Numbered from the stretch's first letter, positions 40,419-52,580 are shown. The stretch is DNA of 64,000 bases from an uncultured Gemmatimonadales bacterium (GCA_963798915.1 CAWCVB010000010.1:1-64000); one strand, 5' to 3'. Notes: generated by a model from the sequence alone, not told the origin. Program-made: numbers and translations.

Positions 40419-41617
40419 TACTGGATCGCATTCATCATGTCGAAGATCGGCAGGTACATGGCGACCACCATGCCGCCGACGATCACGCCGAGTACCACGA
40501 TCATGACCGGTTCCATGAGCGACAGCAGCGCGCCCACTGCCACGTCCACTTCCTCATCGTAGAAGTCGGCGATCTTGGAGAGCATCTCATCGAGGCCGCC
40601 GGTCTGCTCGCCCACTGCAATCATCGAGATGACCATGGGCGGGAAGACCGCTGACTTCTCCAGCGGGGCGGCGATGGTATCGCCGCCGGCGATGCTCTGA
40701 CGGCTCTGCATCACCGCGTCATGAATGACGCGGTTGCCCGCGGTCTTGGCGGTGATTTCGAGGCCGTCGAGGATGCTGACGCCGGAACTGATCAAGGTGC
40801 CGAGCGTCCGGGTAAATCGGGACACGGCCGACTTCCGGAGCAGGTCGCCCAGTACCGGGGCCTTGAGCAGCAGCGTGTCAATGTGCTTCCGGCCGCCGCT
40901 GGAGGCGTAATAGCGCTTCACGGCAAAGATGGACAGGCCGATCGCCGCCAGCATGGCCCACCAGTAATGGATCAGCAGCTGCGACATCCCGATCACGATA
41001 CGGGTCGGCAGCGGCAGCTCCATGTTCACCGAAGCAAACATGCTCTGGAAGGTCGGAATGACGAAGATCAGCAGGACGGCCACGGCTCCCGCTGCCACGG
41101 TCAGGATCACGCCCGGATAGATCATGGCACTCTTGACCTTCCGGATCAGCGCATCGCTCTTCTCCAGGAACGTGGCGAGCCGCAGCAGGATCGTGTCCAG
41201 GATGCCGCCGGCCTCGCCGGCGGCGACCATGTTCACATACAGGTCGCTGAAGGCCTTGGGATGCTTGGCAAAGGCGTCGGCCAGGGTGTTGCCGCTCTCC
41301 ACGTCATACACCACCGCCTTGGTGACTTCCTTGAGCGCCTTGTTTTCCGTCTGCTGCGCCAGGATCGTGAGCGACTGCACCAGCGGCAGGCCCGCGTTGA
41401 TCATGGTGGCAAACTGTCGCGTGAAGATGACGATGTCGCGCGTCTTGGGCCGTGACCCGCCGCCCAGCTTGATGGACTTGGGCGCCTGGCGCACGCTCAC
41501 CAGCATCATGCGGTTCTTGCGCAGGTGCGCGTTCACGTCCTCGGGACTCTGGGCCTCGAGCTGGCCCTTCTGGATCTGTCCCGTGGTATTGCGCGCAGTG
41601 TACTCATAGAGCGGCAT
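40418..41617 (-). CDS. pilC: Type IV pilus platform protein
   Basis: FTRQFATMINAGLPL, AGEAGGILD, VGEQTGGLD, MYLPIF. Confidence 0.95.
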   Translation of the reverse strand: MPLYEYTARNTTGQIQKGQLEAQSPEDVNAHLRKNRMMLVSVRQAPKSIKLGGGSRPKTRDIVIFTRQFATMINAGLPLVQSLTILAQQTENKALKEVTKAVVYDVESGNTLADAFAKHPKAFSDLYVNMVAAGEAGGILDTILLRLATFLEKSDALIRKVKSAMIYPGVILTVAAGAVAVLLIFVIPTFQSMFASVNMELPLPTRIVIGMSQLLIHYWWAMLAAIGLSIFAVKRYYASSGGRKHIDTLLLKAPVLGDLLRKSAVSRFTRTLGTLISSGVSILDGLEITAKTAGNRVIHDAVMQSRQSIAGGDTIAAPLEKSAVFPPMVISMIAVGEQTGGLDEMLSKIADFYDEEVDVAVGALLSLMEPVMIVVLGVIVGGMVVAMYLPIFDMMNAIQ

Positions 41618-41693
41618 CGTGTCTCTCCTCGTGGCGACGGGCCGCGGCCCGTCCAGTATGCGCGGCCCGCGGGCCGCCCCTTCCTCTACCTGC

Positions 41694-42833
41694 CTACCGC
41701 CGTCCGCCCGCCACGGCGGCCATCCGGGCGCCCTTGTCGCCAAAGGCGCCGTCGGCCTCATCCAGCGGCTTCTCGCCGATGGCACGCAGGAACTCGTTCG
41801 GCTCGGGCGAGACGCGCAGGCACTCGTCCGATGTGACCTCGCGCGACATGTAGAGCTGGTACAGCGCGTCGTTCATCGTCTGCATGCCATGCTTCTTGCC
41901 GGCCTGCATGGCAGAGTAGATCTGGTGCACCTTGTCATCGCGAATCAGGGCGCGGATGGCCGGCGTGGCCACCATGATTTCCGCCGCCATGGCGCGGCCC
42001 CGGCCGCTCGCCTTCTGAAGCAGCGTCTGGGTCAGCACCCCTTCCAGCACAAACGCCAGCTGGGCTCGCACCTGCGGCTGCTGGCTGGACGGGAAGACGT
42101 CGATGATGCGGTTGATGGACTCGGCCGCGGAATTGGTATGGAGCGTTGCCAGGGCCAGGTGGCCGGTCTCAGCGATGGTCAGCGCCGCCGAGATCGTCTC
42201 CAGGTCCCGCATTTCGCCCACCAGGATCACGTCCGGGTCCTCGCGCAGCGCGTACTTGAGCGCGCTGCCAAAGCTCTTGGTGTCGGTTCCCACCTCGCGC
42301 TGGTTGACGATGCACGACTGGTGGCGGTGGATGAATTCGATCGGGTCTTCCACCGTGATGATATGGCCCTTGCGTTCCTTGTTGATCTTGTCGATCACGG
42401 CGGCAAGCGTCGTGCTCTTGCCCGACCCGGTTGGCCCGGTCACCAGGATCAGCCCGCGTGGCTTTTCGGCCAGCTTGGCAACCACCGGCGGCAGGCCGAG
42501 GTCCTGGAAGGTCCGCACGTTGAAGGGAATCATCCGGATGACCACCGCCACGCAGCCACGCTGCTTGAAGACATTGCCGCGGAAGCGCGCCAGGTTCTGG
42601 ATGCCGAAGCTGAAGTCCAGCTCGTCCTCGGTCTCGAACCGTTTCTTCTGGTTCTCCGTCAGTACGGAGTAGGCAAGCTGCAGCGTATCCTTCGGTGTCA
42701 GGATGTCTGGCACCGACGAATCCGTGATATCACCGTCGATGCGGAGCTTGGGTCGCTCGCCCGCGGTAATGTGCAGATCCGAGGCCTCGCGCTCGATCAT
42801 TTCTTCGAGGAGCGCACGAAGGTTGAAACTCAT
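41694..42833 (-). CDS. pilT: Retraction ATPase
   Basis: ASDLH, GPTGSGKSTT, ALREDPD, AIRALIR. Confidence 0.96.
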   Translation of the reverse strand: MSFNLRALLEEMIEREASDLHITAGERPKLRIDGDITDSSVPDILTPKDTLQLAYSVLTENQKKRFETEDELDFSFGIQNLARFRGNVFKQRGCVAVVIRMIPFNVRTFQDLGLPPVVAKLAEKPRGLILVTGPTGSGKSTTLAAVIDKINKERKGHIITVEDPIEFIHRHQSCIVNQREVGTDTKSFGSALKYALREDPDVILVGEMRDLETISAALTIAETGHLALATLHTNSAAESINRIIDVFPSSQQPQVRAQLAFVLEGVLTQTLLQKASGRGRAMAAEIMVATPAIRALIRDDKVHQIYSAMQAGKKHGMQTMNDALYQLYMSREVTSDECLRVSPEPNEFLRAIGEKPLDEADGAFGDKGARMAAVAGGRR

Positions 42834-44545
42834 GCCGCCGTCTCCTTCACAACTTCCTCAAGGGTGGTCACGCCCCGCTCGATTTTCTTGATGCCGTCCA
42901 TCCGCAGCGTCAGCATCCCTTCCCTGACCGCGGTATCCCGCAAATCGGCCACCGAATCGCCCCGGAGAATGGAGCGCCGCAACTCGGGTGTCAGCGCCAT
43001 CACTTCATAGAGGCCAGCCCGGCCCTTGTAGCCCAGGCCGCCGCACGTGTCGCAGCCCTTGCCCCGCCGGAACTCGATGTGCCCGATGGCGTCGAGATCA
43101 TCCGACAGCGACTTGAGCTCTTCCTGCCGATAGGTCACCGTCTCCGCGCAGCCCTTGCACACCCGGCGCACCAGCCGCTGGGCGACCACCAGGTTGACCG
43201 CGCTCGCGACGTTGAATGCCTCGACGCCCATGTCGATCATGCGGGTGATCGTGCTGGGCGCGTCGTTGGTATGCAGCGTCGAGAGCACCAGATGGCCCGT
43301 GAGCGCCGCCTTGATCGCGATTCCACCCGTCTCGAGGTCGCGGATTTCGCCGATCATGATGATGTTCGGGTCCTGCCGCAGGAACGCCTTGAGCGCGGCG
43401 GCAAAGGTCAACCCGATCTCATTCCGCACCAGGACCTGGTTGATCCCGTGGAGATTGTACTCCACCGGGTCTTCCGCGGTCATGATGTTCACTTCCTCCG
43501 TGTTGATGCGCTGAAGGCAACTGTACAGCGTCGTCGTCTTGCCCGAGCCAGTCGGCCCGGTGACCAGCACCATGCCGTACGGATTCAGGATGGCCTTCAT
43601 CAGATTCGCCTCGGCCTGGGGCTCGAACCCGAACTTCTGGAGGTCCAGTGTCAGGTTGCCCTTGTCGAGGATACGGAGCACGATCTTTTCGCCGAACAGC
43701 ACCGGCAACGTCGAGACACGGAAATCGATCACTCGCGTGCCCATCTTGAGCTTGAGCCGGCCGTCCTGTGGCACCCGCCGCTCGGCGATGTTGAGGTGCG
43801 ACAGGATCTTCACCCGGCTCGTCAGCGCCGCCTTCATCTTGAATGGCGGCTTCATGATTTCCTGCAGGGCGCCGTCAATGCGATAGCGGACCCGGATCTC
43901 GTGCTCAAAGGGCTCGATGTGGATGTCGCTCGCGCCGCGCTGGACCGCATTCTTGAGGATGCCCTCGACCAGCTTGACCACCGGCGCGTCGTCAATCTGG
44001 GCCTGGGTGGCGGCTTCCTCTTCTTCTTCGTCCACGACCTCGACGTCGCCATCCTCCTGCTCCAGCTCCTTGAGGATGTCGGCAAACTGCTGGTCCGCCG
44101 GGCTGCCGTAGTGCTTCTCGATCAAAGCCCGAAGCGTGAACTCGCCGGCCAGCACCGGGAACAGGTCGTACCGGGTGATGAACTTCAGGTCCTCGAGCAG
44201 GCCGATGTCGGTCGGGTCGGCCAGGGCCACGGTCAGCGTGCGCCCCTCCCGTTTCAGCGGAACGACGATGTGCTTCTGCGCCACGTCCGGCGGGATCAAC
44301 TTCAGGATCCGCGCATCCACCTCGAAGCGCTGCAAGTCCACGGCGGGCATCCGATACTGCCGGGCCAGCAGCTTGGTGACCTCGATTTCCGACGCCAGGC
44401 CCAGCTTGACCACCGCGTACGGGAGGCGGCATTTCGACGAGCGCTGCTCGACCTGGGCCTGGACCAGCTGCTCACGGGTGAGCAACCCCTCCTGGACCAG
44501 AATCTGGGCAAGCCTGTCACCGTGCTGCGCCGCCGCAGTTGCCAT
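42830..44545 (-). CDS. pilB: Extension ATPase
   Basis: ASDIHIEP, GPTGSGKTTT, LRQDP, CxxC...CxxC. Confidence 0.95.
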   Translation of the reverse strand: MATAAAQHGDRLAQILVQEGLLTREQLVQAQVEQRSSKCRLPYAVVKLGLASEIEVTKLLARQYRMPAVDLQRFEVDARILKLIPPDVAQKHIVVPLKREGRTLTVALADPTDIGLLEDLKFITRYDLFPVLAGEFTLRALIEKHYGSPADQQFADILKELEQEDGDVEVVDEEEEEAATQAQIDDAPVVKLVEGILKNAVQRGASDIHIEPFEHEIRVRYRIDGALQEIMKPPFKMKAALTSRVKILSHLNIAERRVPQDGRLKLKMGTRVIDFRVSTLPVLFGEKIVLRILDKGNLTLDLQKFGFEPQAEANLMKAILNPYGMVLVTGPTGSGKTTTLYSCLQRINTEEVNIMTAEDPVEYNLHGINQVLVRNEIGLTFAAALKAFLRQDPNIIMIGEIRDLETGGIAIKAALTGHLVLSTLHTNDAPSTITRMIDMGVEAFNVASAVNLVVAQRLVRRVCKGCAETVTYRQEELKSLSDDLDAIGHIEFRRGKGCDTCGGLGYKGRAGLYEVMALTPELRRSILRGDSVADLRDTAVREGMLTLRMDGIKKIERGVTTLEEVVKETAA

Positions 44546-44632
44546 CGTGTTCCGTCGTTCCGGGACAAAGTGATTACGAGAGGACCGCATGGATAGCCAA
44601 CCGTGGGCCACGCGCCACAGCCGCGGCCGGCA

Positions 44633-45262
44633 TCACCGTATGTCCAACATGTGGCGCAACTTGGCCACGGTTGCAGGGCCAATGCCCGGAACGTTCGTCA
44701 GGGCCTCGATGCTCGCAAACGGCCCATGCGACTCGCGATACGCCACAATTGCAGTCGCCCGGCCAGGTCCGAGTCCCGGCAATTTCGCTAACTCGTTTGC
44801 GGACACAGCGTTCACATTAAGTGACCGAATCTGGGACGTTGCAGGCCCAGGTACAACTTTTGGCGCGGGTATGCCCGAAAACCGGACATGCCCGGACAGA
44901 CGGTCGAGCAGCGAGGGTCCGACGCCCGGCACCTGGTCCAGGCGCTCGATGCCGCCAAAGGCACCGTGAGCCTCGCGATACTCGACCAGCCGCCGGGCGA
45001 GGCCCGGGCCAATCCCGGGGAGGCGAGCCAGCTGGGCAGCCGGCGCACGATCCAGATCGATCAACTCGCCCTCGCGGAGCGGGGCGGCGGCCGCTCGAGC
45101 GCTGTCACGGTGTGCGAGCGCCGCGGCCGAGTCCCCACCGGGCCCACCCAGGAGCACGATGCTGCCCGGAGCGTCGCCAGGATCGAGGATCAAGGTGCGC
45201 ACCGCCTGCCCCGCCACCGCCAGCCCGACGAGCAGGAGCACGGAACGGTATTCAGGGGCCAT
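44633..45262 (-). CDS. comEA: ComEA-like helix-hairpin-helix DNA-binding protein (two HhH pairs)
   Basis: LPGIGPGLA, VPGVGP, LPGLGPGRA, VPGIGP; N-terminal TM. Confidence 0.85.
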   Translation of the reverse strand: MAPEYRSVLLLVGLAVAGQAVRTLILDPGDAPGSIVLLGGPGGDSAAALAHRDSARAAAAPLREGELIDLDRAPAAQLARLPGIGPGLARRLVEYREAHGAFGGIERLDQVPGVGPSLLDRLSGHVRFSGIPAPKVVPGPATSQIRSLNVNAVSANELAKLPGLGPGRATAIVAYRESHGPFASIEALTNVPGIGPATVAKLRHMLDIR

Positions 45263-45339
45263 GACGGCAATGTCGGGCAGGAAGGAGCGGAGGGTGGGAT
45301 CGGGAAAACGCGGGGAGGGGCGAAACAGGCCGGGCGTCT

Positions 45340-45434
45340 GTAGGGGCGGCCTGCGGCCGCCCATTGACATCCCGATGCCAGTCGAGCGGCGTGGGGACCG
45401 CGATGTAAGGGGGGCGGCCGCAGGCCGCCCCTAC
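45340..45434. repeat. Inverted GTAG REP doublet (REPIN-like)
   Basis: GTAGGGGCGGCCTGCGGCCGCCC at 45340-45362 and reverse copy at 45412-45434. Confidence 0.85.
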
Positions 45435-45505
45435 AATGACCTGTTGAGATCCCGACGCCTGCCGTCTCCACGGCCCATCCGTCCGTCTGTCCGCCTGTCC
45501 ATGTC

Positions 45506-46435
45506 TTATTCCTCTCGCGCCACCAGCGCCAGCGCCAGCCGCCCCACAATGCCGAGGCTTTGCGCGCTGATCTTGTCCATGGTATCGCGCGGGGTATGCC
45601 AGTAGGGATAATCAAAGTCCACCACGTCAATGGCGCGGATGCCGGCCTGCTGCAACTCGACGTGATCGTCGGTGAGCGTTACGTTCTCATAAGGCACGAA
45701 CACCGCGCCATACCCGAGCTTGTGCGCCGTGTCCCAGACGAGGTCCACGACCTCGCCCGCTCCGATCATCGAGTTGCCCTCCTGCGAAATGCGCAGGTCC
45801 TTGTCGCCCACCATGTCGAACAGCACCGCGTACAGTGGCTTGGGACCGAGCTGGTGCTGGCCGTAGTAGCGGCTGCCAATGAGCACGTCGCCCCGTTCGG
45901 TGAAGAAGTCGCCGTAGTCTTCGCCATCCGCAAAGAGCAGGTCGACGCCAACACCGGGAGCGGCGGCCTTGAGCGCATCGGCCACGCCCAGCAGCACGGC
46001 CACGCCGGAGGCGCCGTCATTGGCGCCGGGCACCGGCTGGGCGCTGTCACCCGGTTGCGCATGGGTGCCATCCGAATAGGGACGCGTATCCCAATGCGCC
46101 ATGAACAGGAGCCGCTTGGTGGCGCCGGGATTGAAGCGGGCCACGAAGTTGGTCAGCGCCAGCGAGTCCCCACGCACATCCACATGAGTCCAGCGCTGGT
46201 CAACGACGGTGTCGGCGCGGGCCCGCAGGAGGCTGTCGAGCCAGCGCGCTTCAGCGGCGTGACCTGGCCTGCCCGGAATGCGCGGCCCGAAGGCGACCTG
46301 CGCGGCCGCGTACTGGAGCGCAGCATCCGCGTCGAAGGCGCGCGGCTCGGCCAGCGGCTCCTCGCCGCAGGCCGCCACACTGGCGAGAGCGAGCACGAAC
46401 AGCAAGGCGACGCGGCACGTTCGCGGAACGATCAT
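45506..46435 (-). CDS. M28-fold lipoprotein, glutaminyl cyclase-like
   Basis: VAAC lipobox; HWDTRP, GANDGASG, DGEDYG, DMVG, DDH, YWHT..DT. Confidence 0.8.
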   Translation of the reverse strand: MIVPRTCRVALLFVLALASVAACGEEPLAEPRAFDADAALQYAAAQVAFGPRIPGRPGHAAEARWLDSLLRARADTVVDQRWTHVDVRGDSLALTNFVARFNPGATKRLLFMAHWDTRPYSDGTHAQPGDSAQPVPGANDGASGVAVLLGVADALKAAAPGVGVDLLFADGEDYGDFFTERGDVLIGSRYYGQHQLGPKPLYAVLFDMVGDKDLRISQEGNSMIGAGEVVDLVWDTAHKLGYGAVFVPYENVTLTDDHVELQQAGIRAIDVVDFDYPYWHTPRDTMDKISAQSLGIVGRLALALVAREE

Positions 46436-49400
46436 CGCAGGTCCCCGGCAAAAAGACTGAGCCGGAAGCTGACGGTCATGTAGAGCGTCGATATCCGGCG
46501 ATTGAGGTGCTCGGCTTCGTTCACAAGATAGCCGAAGTCCAGCGCGCCCTCGAGCAGGTTGGCGAGGTCGGTCCGGAACGTGGCGCTGAATTCCTGGGTG
46601 CGCGTGTCACTGACCGGCACGCACTCGATCTGGCTCTGGGCCTGCAGGCAGGTTGTGCTGTGATCGGTCCGCGCGGTGACGGTGGAACTGATCCGCTTGC
46701 GTGAGCTGCTGATGCTCTGTGGCAGACGGAAGTTGTAGGACAGGGTCGTCAGCAGGTTGTTCTGGTCGAGCAGTGTCGAGGAGCCATTTCGATCGTTGCG
46801 CTGGCTCAGATCCGACATGGTGGCGGTCAGGGCCATGCCATTCCGGAAACCAACCTGCAGGTCAGGCGATAGCGTACTGGACCGGATGGCGCTGCTCGCC
46901 GCGATCACGTCAGACGAGGGTTGGGAACTGATGCCGCTGCGCTTACGGAACGTGGCACCCATGGCCATCAGCGTCACCGGGCCGCTGCTGAAGGTCTGTG
47001 ACCAGCGCAGCGAACCGGACGGCCATTCAGTCTGATTGGAGATGAGCGGCTGCAACTTACCGTTGATCCGCTGATAGCGGGTGGCGTCGGTCTGGCCGTA
47101 GCTCAGCGAGAGCGAGAGGCCAAAGGGCAGGTCGGCGCTGCTCGTCAGCGTCCGGATCCTCACGTCGCTGGCCCCGATCGCCTGCTTGCCGTACTGTGTG
47201 AGAAAATCGTTCAGCCCACCCAGCGCGAACTGGTAGGTCAGGCTGGGGTCAAACGCAGCAAGGTCAAAGCTCGAGGACAGCATATGCCGGGAACTGACGT
47301 CGACCGGTCGAATGTGGGAAAGCCCACGGCTCACGGCGCTCGAGTCGCCGGCCAGCAGCCGGACGAGGCGCGACAGGTCGAAGAGGCGCCCAGCTCGTCG
47401 CTGCGGCTGTTGTTCAGCGTTTTGGGAAGCACGAACATGCCCACGCTGTCGCCGCCCACCTGGATGGGCGGCCGGCTGGTGAGGTAGCGCGAAAGCGTAA
47501 AGCCACCCCGATGCACCAGCCGGGGACGGAACCAGCTCGACACCACCGGTGTCAGCGTCATCGACGTGCTGAGCTGCCGGTCCCGCTCCACGCCGGCATC
47601 GATGCCCAGAAAGCTTCGCCGCGAGAGCGACGCCAGCCGACCAATTTCGGTGGAGTCGGAATAGTGCCGCAGGTCCCGCGTGCTGCTGAGGTCACCGCTC
47701 AGGGTGAGCATCCCCAGCGGCTGCCAGCTCACGCCGGCATTGTTGCGCCAGACCTGGTTCAGTGACCCGGTCGGGTGGACCGCCGTATCCTGTGCAGTGA
47801 AGATTGGAACCTGGTACGCCGTCAGCGTGTTCGCGTCGCGCGCCAGACCGGACGAGAGCCGGATGCTGGTAGGTGCCAGGCCGAATCGTGCCTTGGCCAG
47901 CGCCTTGCCCATCTCGCTCTTGCGCAGAAAGCCGGGCAGCAGCCCCTCGAAGGTCGACGGTTGGCCCGCTGCGCCCAAGCGGCAGGTTGTAGGTCACGGC
48001 AAAATTGTTGTTGCTGCTCTGCGCGCGGCTCAGCTCGGTCAGCGCCAGGCCGCGGGCGAAGGCGGCCCGTCACTGACACCGGATCGATCAGGCCCTGGGT
48101 CAGCCAGTCCTTGCCCCGCACCGAGCGTCGGAGCGAAAAACTGTATGCGGTCGACCACGACCGCGGTCGGCGAAGGCCCTCGAGCGAGCCGCCGCGAATA
48201 TCGGTGCCGCTGATCAGCTGGGGATCGACGGCCTGCCGGGACAACGAGATGCTCACCGGAATGGCGATGCCCAATGACGCCGGCAGGAAACGATCCAGCC
48301 GCATGCTGCTCGACAGCCGCACCGTGTTGGTAGTGCGGAAACTCGGCGACTGTCCGATCTGGCGGAACTGGCCATCCTGGCCAATCAGCGAAACCGAAAT
48401 ATCGCCCACGTCGGATGCGGAAAGCCGCGCGTCCAGTGCATAGGCCTTGCCAAGTTGCGAAACCGGGTCCGTGACCCTGATATCATCGATCCAGACCTCG
48501 GCCTCAGGAAGGGGGCCATGATCCGCTACCCGGTACACGCCGGCCGACAACTCCTGGATCGCGGCAAGGTTGGGCGGGTTGATGCCGGGACTGCCGACCT
48601 GCACCATGTACCCACCGTCGCAGGCAACGTACGCGTTTGGGTCGCCGCCGCACTCGGCCGAGCCCGAGGGTGCTTCGCCGCGGAGCCAGCGCGCCTCGAT
48701 CTCGGCTCGCAGCGTCCGCCAAACCTCGAGATCGATGATCATCTCCGGCTCCCAGGAGGTCGTGCTGGCCGGCGCGCGGTACAGATAGAAGTTCCGGTCG
48801 TCACTCCCGAGCTTGATGAATGCCTCCAGGTCCCCGCGTTCCCACCCCGGACCATGTCCCCTGGCCCAGACGCGAAGTTGGCTGTAATTGAGCAGGCTCT
48901 GCGGCCCCGCACCAAAGCGAAGATACGTTTCGGCGCGCTCGTTCACCTCCAGGTCGGTGGCGAGGATGCGCAGCGACTTCTCGTTGATCTGCTGGGTCAG
49001 CTGGCCGGAGCCGGCATTTTTGTCATTGAGCGAGTTGATGGCGCCGGGCGGTGGCGTGTAGCCAAGTTCGACGTTTTCGGTGGAGACGGTCGCGGCCGCC
49101 ACCGAGCCATGCGGCTGGCCGGTTGAACCGCTCAGTCCGGCGATCGGAGTCTCGGCGCGCCGATTCCACGGGGCCCCCACAAACCGCATGCGCGCCAGCC
49201 CGAGCCGCCCAACGATATCGGGCCCGCCGTCGTCCGGCGGCGCGACGAAGGTAAGGCGCAGTTGCTGGATGAGCCGGATATTGGGCGAGCCGAGCTGTGC
49301 CGCGTTGGAGCCTCGCAGCGGGATCCGGTACAGTGTCCAGCCGGCCAGTCCCGCGCCATCGAAACTCTTCTGGCCCCGGCCCTTGACGATGTACGTGCTG

Positions 49401-52400
49401 TCGCGAAGGTCCACCACAAAGCGGAACACGTTGTCGTTGCCGCCGCTGGCGTTGAGAAGGTTGTCGCCGTTGAGATCCTCGGTATCGAGATGGCCGTTGC
49501 CGCTGGTGCACCGTGCCCCCAGGTCGCCCCACGGAAACACCGCCACGACGGATTGCAGCTCCCGGTGACAGAGCTCGAGGTCGTGCACGTAGCCGCTGCC
49601 CGTCTTGATGGAGTCGGGCCGGTCACCCAGGATACCGATATCATCGGTGGCAGCGTTGAAGATGCCATCGGCGCCCCGTTCGGTGTTGAGCTGGCCCGTG
49701 CCGACCAGCTGCCGGCCAAAGTAGGTCGTATCGGTGCCATTCACCGCCAGACTGTCGGGGGCAAGGCCAATGGCGTCCTCGTTCACGCTTCCCACGTCAA
49801 TCACCATCTGCATGCCGGCCGAATCGGCGCTATGGATCCCCGATTGGTAGACGTAGAACTCGAGATACTCCGAGCGCGACAAGTCCACGCCGGTGGTGCT
49901 GAGGGAGGACACGATGGAGCGCCAGCGCGGCCGCATCGGACGCGGTTCCATGGTCCAGTGCGCTGTGTTGTCGCGCTGCACGATGCCGCCGGCCGTGTCG
50001 GCATGGAGCGTGAGCCACAGCAGCGTCTCGAACTGGTCGCCCCGTCCTGCCAGCACGACGGTCGAATCGATGTCCTGGGGCCGGTACTGCGTCGCGTGCC
50101 CGCTGCCGTCGATGACCAGGTTCTGCCAGGTGAGCTGCACGGCGTCGGCCGGGTCGAAGCCTGCGGCAAAGCCGAGCGCCGGATCCAGTCCGTCGGGGCG
50201 CTGAGGCGCGCTACCGAAGCCCCACACCTGTTCCGTCGAGCGAGACGGGTGTGCCGAGTTCCCGCTCGAATTCCTCAAGGTAGGCAGCCCCGGAGCGGTT
50301 GGGATCAGGCTTGGAAACGGCGACTTCAGCGTTCAGGTCCAGCCGGGAGGGTGCGGACGACGGGGAGCTTACGAGGCCGTTCATCATGCGGGTCAGCCCG
50401 TCCGAGCGAAAATGCAGATCCGCGGTCGCGCCCGCGACCAGGTTGGCCTTGGCCTCGAACCCGAGCTGCGGCCGGTTGAAGGCGCTGGCTTCACGCTGGA
50501 AGACACCGATAAGGTTGACCGAGCCCACCTCGCCAAGGGAATAGCGTGAACTGAGCCCGATGATCGAGGTCGGCGCGACCGCAAACAGGTCCTGCTGCTC
50601 GAATCGCGCCTGGACCGTGGCCGTGCCCGAGCCGAAAAGCGCATCCGGATCGTTAAACGTCACCACACCGGTGCTGTAATCGATCGCATAGTCGACGCCG
50701 CGAACCAGCAGGCGGCTGTTCACCTCGATCTGCTCCGACCCGTCCTTCAACTGCAGTGCGTTCAGGTTGAGCTGCGACCGGTCTCCCCCCGACGCGGCGC
50801 TGTACTGCAGCCGGAACTGGAAGCGCGAGGGCGGGCCCTGCGGGGACAAGATCAGGTATGCCGGCGTCTGGTAGAGCGAGTCACTGATCTCGCTGGGTGA
50901 CAGGTTGGCTGGGTCCGCGAACGGCCGGACGTTCGGAAACACGATGTACGATTCGCGCAGGACGCCACTGGTACTGATCGAGTCGCGGTCTCGCGGGAAG
51001 AGCCGGTTGGTGACGTCGAAGGACGCGGGGTCGGAGGGAACCGCGAGGCCGAGCTGGGCCAGGTACGTGGCGGCTCCGCCCTGCGGGACGCTCGGACTGG
51101 TTCAGCGTGATCGCCACCTTCAGGCTGCTCCGCTCGAGGTCGCTCCCCGCCACGCGGTAGATCTGCCGCATCTCATGCCGGAAGGTGCCGGCATCCGGAC
51201 CGCGGCGCGGCTCGACAATAAGCTCGAGTGAATCAACCACCGCCGGCTGGTCGACCGCAGGGAAGGTCCCTACCCGCCCTCCGTCGGCCGTCGTATAGCT
51301 GACGGCCAGATAATCTGCCGGATCCAGTTTCGATGCCAGAACGAACCAGAGGCCCGAAGGATCGAGGTAATAGTCGCGGCCCTGGAGCAGCAATTCCCAC
51401 TGCGCACCTTCGTCCGGTGCAACCTGGCCAAGCCGCTGGGTGGGATCGGCCGTATTGGACGCGAAGGCCTTCACGCCCCCAAGAATGGGCGTGGCATTGT
51501 TCCCGGCTGCTGCCGGCCGGTAACGATAGACGCGCACCTGCGCCGGCCGGGTGGTCGGCGGCAGGCCGGTCTCGTCGAGGCTGAGGATGTCGACGGCGGG
51601 ATACCCTGCGATGATCGTGGGATCCACGACCCAGTAGAACCGGCCCGACTCGAAATCCAGGTCCCGCATGAGCCGATCCTGCGGCGTCGATGTCGCGCCC
51701 GTCCCGACCTGGAAGGTACGTTCGTTGACCGAACTGCCCTTCTGGGTGGCAAACAAGGCCTGGAACTGGAGAGGCCCCACTTCAAACAGACCATTGATGC
51801 CGAAGTTGCTGCGAGGAACGGCGGCAGTCAGGAATCGCGACGGGGGTGGCTGGAAGGTCACCGTTCCGACTTCCACGCGTCGCACGATTTCGTCACTCAA
51901 TCCCTGGTAGTAGACCTGGATATTGTTGTTGGCGTCGAAATCGCGCGCCGACTGGTAGTCCACATTGACGTGCACCCGTCGTCCGATGAGCCCGGACGAA
52001 CGGACATCGATGTTGTTCTCGAGTTGCGGCGCCTTGATACTGCCGCCGCAGTTGGAAGCCGGACTGTTCAGCTCCGCCGGCGTGCACCGCTGGTTCTTGA
52101 CCCGTTCCGTCCGGATGTCGAGTGTCGCCTGCCCATCGATCGCCAGATCAGCGTATTTTTCATCCAACCCCAGGATGCCGCGGCGCTGCGCCGCCGTCCG
52201 GATCGTATCGGCCTGGTCGCGCCCGTAGATGGTCCGGGCCCGCCGCGCCAGCGCTCTCGCGGTCCGGGCCGAGTCGAGTGCCTGACTGACGGCGCTATCG
52301 AAGGCCACCAGGCCGCTCCTGCCCGCCCAGCCAGGGCGCCCGAAGCACCGATGGCTCGCGCAGCTCAGGGATGGGCACATTGAAGCGGGCGGGCGGGAGC

Positions 52401-52492
52401 GGCAGCGTGGAGTCAGGGACCTGCGCCAGCGCCACCCCTGGGAGGGTGAGCGCCATGAAACCCACGATAGAAGCAAGCCGGGAACAGGCCAC
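46432..52492 (-). pseudogene. sprA: SprA/Sov-like giant outer-membrane protein (~2000 aa) broken by at least 5 frameshifts
   Basis: Signal peptide ending VALA|Q; YQGLSDEIVRRVEVG, LVRGVDYAIDYSTG, AYLEEFE, DTEDLNGD; collinear ORF fragments. Confidence 0.75.
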
Positions 52493-52580
52493 GCGAACTC
52501 GGAATCGGGACCGGGTATAAAGGAAGGTCGGGCAGAATATAATGTTACGTCGAAACCCTTACAACCACGTTACTTAGACC

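Noticed and set aside
43079..44596. Long antisense ORFs (also 759-1964, 10525-11937, 19724-21136, 41619-43010)
   Set aside because: Shadow ORFs of real genes, expected at high GC; no recognisable domains.
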